Source: Candidatus Latescibacterota bacterium (GTDB lineage: Bacteria > Latescibacterota > UBA2968). From it: a DNA stretch of 64,000 nt. The stretch lies in assembly GCA_965198115.1 (NCBI GenBank), contig OZ240241.1:8288001-8352000 (forward strand), in the 5' to 3' direction. This document shows positions 59,289 through 64,000 of the stretch, in pieces; within the stretch, counting starts at the first letter, position 1; every line of letters begins with the position of its first letter. The notes below the pieces were generated by a model. That model did not search any database and was not told the DNA's origin. It worked only from the letters and a program-made list of their open reading frames with translations. Position numbers and translations under genes: made by a program.

Positions 59289-60894
59289 ATGAAAGGCGTC
59301 GTCGTTGCGCCCCAACCCATGGCTTCAGAGATCGGTGCCCAAGTGCTCGAGCAGGGCGGCAACGCATTCGATGCCGCTGTGGCAGCCGTTGCGGCCCAGA
59401 TCGTATTCGACCCGTTCATGTGCGGACTTGGCGGCTGGGGCTGTGCGACCGTCTACGACGCACGCACTGGCGCAACCGAAAGCCTCGGGTTCTGGCCAAC
59501 GATCGGCGAACGGATGTACCCGGAAATCTGGACAGACGATGTGCGTGGCTATACCGACATCTGGCACTTCGCCCTGTTCGATGACTTCCGCAACATCCTC
59601 GGCTACCAGGCGATCATGACCCCTGGAACAGTCGCAGGCCTCGGCGAGCTGCATCGACGCTATTGCACCCGGCCGTTAGCCGAGCTTCTTCAACCTGCCA
59701 TTGAATGGAGCGCCCAGGCTATCCCATTCCTGAGTACGTGGCCGGGTTCCTTCGGGAGCAGATAATCCAGGGTCTGCCTCACCCGAGCCGTCGTGCCCAA
59801 TGCACCCCCGCGGTCCGAGCCCTGTGGCAGAAAGCCGATGGCGAGCTCAAGGGGCGGGGCGATCTCTACAGCAATCCCGATCAGGCACGTACCTTCGAGC
59901 GGATAGCTCGGCACGGTCCGGACGACTTCTACCGCGGTGAATTGGCCGACATCATCTTACGCGACTTCGAGGAAAACGACGCCTTCGTCACGCGGAACGA
60001 CCTTGAGGATTATCGGGTGCGAGACGACTCCCCGATTCAGGGCACCTACCGCGACTGTGACGTGCACACGTCTCCCCTGCCAGGTGGCGGTCTTCTCCTG
60101 CAGCAGATGCTGAATGTGCTCGGCTTTTTCGACCTGTCCACCCTGGAGCACAACGGACCTGAGCACGCCTACATCATCGCCGCCACCCTCTCCTGGGCGG
60201 GCGTGACCCGGTTCCGGCATCTGGCCGATCCTCGGTTCTGGGATGTGCCGGCGGAAAAGCTTCTCTCGAGTGAGCACGCCGAGGAAATCGCGGATCGCAT
60301 CAGGCGGCGCGAGTTGCCCGATCAGACAGCACTTAACGCGCCCGGCCATACGACACACCTGTGCGTTGCAGACGAACAGAATAACTGCGTCTCCATCACA
60401 CACACCCTGACCACCTGCAGCGGCGTCGTCGTTCCGGAAACAGGGACGTTTTGGAACGATTGTGTGGCACTGATGGATCCCGTTCCTGGCCGCCCCAACT
60501 CCTACGTGCCGGGAAAGGCACGTGCGAGCGCCATTTCTCCCACGATCCTCTTCCGCGATGACAAACCCTGCATGGTCGTTGGTGCGCCGGGAGGCTGGTC
60601 GATCACGTCCGCCGTTCTGCAGACGATTGTCAACGTCGTGGATTTCGGAATGTCCCCCACCGAAGCCGTTTCGGCACCGCGCTTCCACAGCGAAGGCCAG
60701 CCCGTCTACTGCGAAATGCGCATCCCGCAGGCCACCGTAACGACACTGCGGAGCCAGGGCGTGCAGGTTGAGCAGCTGTCCTACAACTACGCCCCGTCTT
60801 TCGGTAGGCCCAGTGCATTGTCATCGACCAGGATGGCTTTCGCGCGGCCTCGGATCCGCGAAAGGATGGCGGGACGGCGGTTTACGCGCGATAG
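59289..60894 (+). CDS. Gamma-glutamyltransferase family Ntn hydrolase, frameshifts near 59717 and 60810
   Basis: GGNAFDAAVA, TPGTVAG, FYRGELA, TTHLCV nucleophile, GAPGG, APRFH and C-terminal ASDPRKDG, over three frames. Confidence 0.88.
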
Positions 60895-60946
60895 GAACCT
60901 ACGAATTCGAGACACATGCCCAGACACTCCATGAAGGGAAGGGCCC

Positions 60947-61738
60947 GTGACCGACAAACAGAAATATCTCTTCGATGTTGCCGGCTACCTCGTTCTGGAG
61001 GATGTGCTCACACGCGATCACTGCGGAAGGTTGATCGATGCGCTCCACGAGGTCATCGATACGCCCCGCGACCAGCTGCCGAAAGGGGTCTCACATTCTG
61101 ACCACTCCGGCGAGGCCAGCGTAGGCGACCTGACCAGCATAGGCCCGACCTTTGCAGACTTGATCGACCTGCCCCCCGTCATCGACATCCTCACCGAAAT
61201 CATCAGCCCCCAACTGCGGCTGGAAATCACTTATGGCCGAATTCGTAGCAAGGGGTATGGCGGCCTGAACCTGCACGGCGGTGCCAGAGACGACATAGAC
61301 CCGAATTTCATGTATCGGCACTCTAACGGGAAGATCTTCGCCGGCCACACTGTCGTCTCCTTCAACCTGACCGACGTCAGTGAGGAGGAAGGCGGATTCG
61401 TCTGCGTTCCGGGCAGCCACAACTCGCACTTTCCCACTCCCCGGGATCTCACAGACTTTAGCGACGGCACGTTCGACAACTCGGTGCTGCGTTCCGTTCC
61501 TTGCAAGGCCGGTTCGGTCGTTATCTTTGCCGAGGCCCTGGCGCACGGCGCCCTTCCCTGGAACCAGGACCACGATCGTGCGACCCTGTTCTACAAATAC
61601 AACCACGCAGGTATGAAGTGGCGACCCTACTGGCCGTCGAAGGAAGCACTCGAACAGATGACCCCCGCCCAGCGCCTCTTCTACACCGAAGTGGCAGCCG
61701 ATAGCCGAAAAGAACCCATCCTCCATCCGGGCAGATAG
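60947..61738 (+). CDS. PhyH family dioxygenase-like protein
   Basis: YLFDVAGYLVLEDVL, LHGG (HxD replaced by HGG), VPGSH, AGSVVIFAEALAHG. Confidence 0.85.
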   Translation: MTDKQKYLFDVAGYLVLEDVLTRDHCGRLIDALHEVIDTPRDQLPKGVSHSDHSGEASVGDLTSIGPTFADLIDLPPVIDILTEIISPQLRLEITYGRIRSKGYGGLNLHGGARDDIDPNFMYRHSNGKIFAGHTVVSFNLTDVSEEEGGFVCVPGSHNSHFPTPRDLTDFSDGTFDNSVLRSVPCKAGSVVIFAEALAHGALPWNQDHDRATLFYKYNHAGMKWRPYWPSKEALEQMTPAQRLFYTEVAADSRKEPILHPGR

Positions 61739-61771
61739 CCCAACACGCCAGCTTTTTCAAAAGGTAAAACT

Positions 61772-62992
61772 GTGAAACCGAAATCCGCGAACACGGTGAT
61801 CATCGGTGGAGGTGTGCTGGGGGCAAGCACGGCATTTCACCTGAGCGACTCCGGCCAGACAGATGTCGTCCTGCTCGACCGCGGTCCGGTCGCCAGTGGC
61901 ACCACGCCCCAGGCGGCAGGACAGACGGGCTACCTGAATGTCGATCGGTTTGCCTTCGAGTTCGGAAGGTATTGCATCGAGTTCTTCGAGAACTTCGAGG
62001 AACGAACCGGACGAGCGATCGACTTTCGGCAGACCGGAAGCCTTCGCGTAGCTTTGACCGAGAAGTTTCAGGACGATCTTGAAGCAAGGCTGGCTGCGAC
62101 GAAAGATCTGGGTCACGAAGTCGAGTTCATCTCGTCGGATAAGGCGGAGGAGTTGGTACCGACTTTCACGCCTCCAGATTGCAAGATCTTACTGATTCCA
62201 CGGGATGGATACGTCGAGCCGAAGTCCGTCGCGGTGGCTTTTGCAGCGGCAGCCGCGGATCGCGGCGTTACGTTTCGCACACGAATGGAGGCGACTGGGC
62301 TTGTCGTCGAGAACGGCCGAGTAACCGGGGTGGAGACGGACGACGGCACGATCGAGGCGGAGTGGGTCGTGCTGGCTGCCGGCGCGTGGGTGCGGCAGTT
62401 CGGACAGCAGCTCGGCCTCAACCTGCACACGGTTCCCGTGCGACATCAGGCATTTGACACAGGGCCAATCGCAGGCGTCTCGCCGACGCAACCGATCGTT
62501 CGTATCATCGAGCCTCAAATCTACGTTAGACACGAAGCTGGGGGACTGCTCGTCGGCGGGTATGGTTATCGCCCACTCAGCTTCGACATGAATGACTTCG
62601 ACCAAAAGTTCGAAGTCTCCGCATTGGAAGCCGATCAGGTTTACTATCAGCAGCTGCGCGATGCGGCGACGGGGTTCTTCCCCGCCCTCGCCGACGCGAC
62701 GATCGTTCGTGAGCGTCGCGGTCTACCTACGATCTCTCCTGACGGCAGGCTCGTACTTTCAGAACCGTCAGGCCTACGGGGCCTCGTCGTACTCTCGGGT
62801 TGTTGCGTGGGTGGCGTGAGTCGTTCGCCCGGAGCCGGCCGGATTGTCTCCGATATCATCTGTGAACGCGACCCGTGGATCGACGCCAGCGTCCTCAGCG
62901 TCGATCGTTTCGGCGACGACTACCCAACCGACACCTCCCTGCGGGCCCAATGCGAGGAGCTCTACGCACACCACTATCACGCGTTCTATTGA
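61772..62992 (+). CDS. FAD-dependent oxidoreductase (DAO/sarcosine oxidase/dimethylglycine dehydrogenase N-domain family)
   Basis: VIIGGGVLG, SGTTPQAAG, DGYVEP, VLAAGAW and ISPDG motifs. Confidence 0.9.
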   Translation: MKPKSANTVIIGGGVLGASTAFHLSDSGQTDVVLLDRGPVASGTTPQAAGQTGYLNVDRFAFEFGRYCIEFFENFEERTGRAIDFRQTGSLRVALTEKFQDDLEARLAATKDLGHEVEFISSDKAEELVPTFTPPDCKILLIPRDGYVEPKSVAVAFAAAAADRGVTFRTRMEATGLVVENGRVTGVETDDGTIEAEWVVLAAGAWVRQFGQQLGLNLHTVPVRHQAFDTGPIAGVSPTQPIVRIIEPQIYVRHEAGGLLVGGYGYRPLSFDMNDFDQKFEVSALEADQVYYQQLRDAATGFFPALADATIVRERRGLPTISPDGRLVLSEPSGLRGLVVLSGCCVGGVSRSPGAGRIVSDIICERDPWIDASVLSVDRFGDDYPTDTSLRAQCEELYAHHYHAFY

Positions 62993-63186
62993 TTCGGGGC
63001 GGGCGTTGGGGCCCTCGTTGCAGTCAGATTGAATAAGCAGAAGGGAGAAGAGAGAACGAGACGGGGCCGAATTCCTCTCTCACTCTCTCTTCCCCCGCCT
63101 GCCCGCCGGAGCCTTGGCGAAGGTGGCTCCCCCTGGTCAGTCATCTCCGTCCCGAAGGTGATTCCAAACATCTTTTACTCCTTTAC

Positions 63187-64000
63187 ATGACAATCGCTTC
63201 CGATCAGAGCCGCACACTCGGTCTTGTAGGCGCAACAAGCCTCGGCGTCGGAGCAATCGTCGGTGGCGGTATCCTCGCCCTTGCGGGCGTTGCCTTTCAA
63301 GCGACCGGACCGAGCGCGATCCTCGCCTTCGCCTTGAACGGCCTGATTGCCCTTCTGACCGTCTCGAGTTTCTCGGAAATGTCCACTGCGTTTCCCGAGT
63401 CGGGAGGTCCCTACACGTTCGCCAAAAAGGTCCTGACCATACGTGCTGCTTTTGCGGTGGGGTGGGTCGTCTGGTTTGCCTCGATTGTCGCCAGCGTCCT
63501 TTATGCATTGGGCTTTGCAGCCTTCGGGATGGTCGTGCTGGAACAGTTATGGCAGGTTGTCTCCGTCACCCCATCGCCCCTTGTAAACGAGAGACTCACT
63601 ATCACGGTTCTCGCGCTTGGATCGATTGCGATCTACTCAGCCAGTCTCATTCGGCGTGGTCCGGGAGGCACTCAGTGGGCGACAATTGGCAAAGTGGTGT
63701 TGTTCGTTTTCTTGATCGTGGGTGGCGTGTGGGCGCTGAGCCAACGTCCGTCTACAGTAGTGTCGTCGAACCTGACGCCTTTTTTCGCAAACGGCACGAT
63801 CGGCCTGTTTCAAGCCATGGGCTTCTCCTTCATCGCTCTGCAGGGCTACGATCTGGTCGCGGCTGTCGCGGGTGAGGTCCGTGAACCTGTTCAGCGTCCT
63901 TCCCCGGGCGATGCTCCTTTCACTCGCGATCGCACTGGCCATCTACCTGCCGCTTCTCTTCATCGTCTCCACGGTAGGGGTGCCGGCTGGCGAGTCCATC
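63187..64000 (+). CDS. APC family amino acid permease (runs off the window; apparent frameshift near 63890)
   Basis: Translated by hand: MTIASDQSRTLGLVGATSLGVGAIVGGGILALAG...SEMSTAFPESGGPYTFAKK...GYDLVAAVAGEVREP. Confidence 0.88.
   Translation, partial: MTIASDQSRTLGLVGATSLGVGAIVGGGILALAGVAFQATGPSAILAFALNGLIALLTVSSFSEMSTAFPESGGPYTFAKKVLTIRAAFAVGWVVWFASIVASVLYALGFAAFGMVVLEQLWQVVSVTPSPLVNERLTITVLALGSIAIYSASLIRRGPGGTQWATIGKVVLFVFLIVGGVWALSQRPSTVVSSNLTPFFANGTIGLFQAMGFSFIALQGYDLVAAVAGEVREPVQRPSPGDAPFTRDRTGHLPAASLHRLHGRGAGWRVH

Noticed and set aside
1496-62980. Long antisense or alternate-frame ORFs (for example 24578-25930, 41423-42670, 23367-24371, 13741-14793)
   Set aside because: Shadow ORFs expected in GC-rich DNA; they overlap well-supported genes and have no motifs.
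1-64000. CRISPR array, rRNA, tRNA or prophage
   Set aside because: No regularly spaced 25-45-bp repeats with unique spacers, no cas genes, no recognisable rRNA or tRNA, and no phage structural genes.

Overview
A GC-rich bacterial chromosomal window with a heterotrophic, catabolic gene set: two sulfatases, two enolase-superfamily proteins, 2-hydroxyacid dehydrogenases, a Gfo/Idh/MocA oxidoreductase, two PhyH dioxygenases, peptidases, two TonB-dependent receptors and four tandem MacB/FtsX-type permeases. The content resembles Latescibacterota/Poribacteria/Gemmatimonadota-like lineages, which is inference only. Four IS insertions have readable ends and 8-bp target-site duplications: one ISL3, one IS256 type A and two near-identical IS256 type B. 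A complete promoter-TPP riboswitch-attenuator unit controls one TonB receptor. Several families of small intergenic repeats are present, some nested. About 17 small frameshifts suggest long-read consensus errors, so 'pseudogene' calls based only on frameshifts are provisional. The best novelty candidates are (i) a soluble ECF sigma factor fused to a DUF1080-like domain, with matching ECF-type promoters in front of itself and two other genes, (ii) a DUF1016-N/thermonuclease fusion, (iii) the ATPase-less permease array and (iv) the nested and start-codon-overlapping repeats. I found no rRNA, tRNA, CRISPR array or prophage. All family assignments come from visual motif recognition, not database searches.
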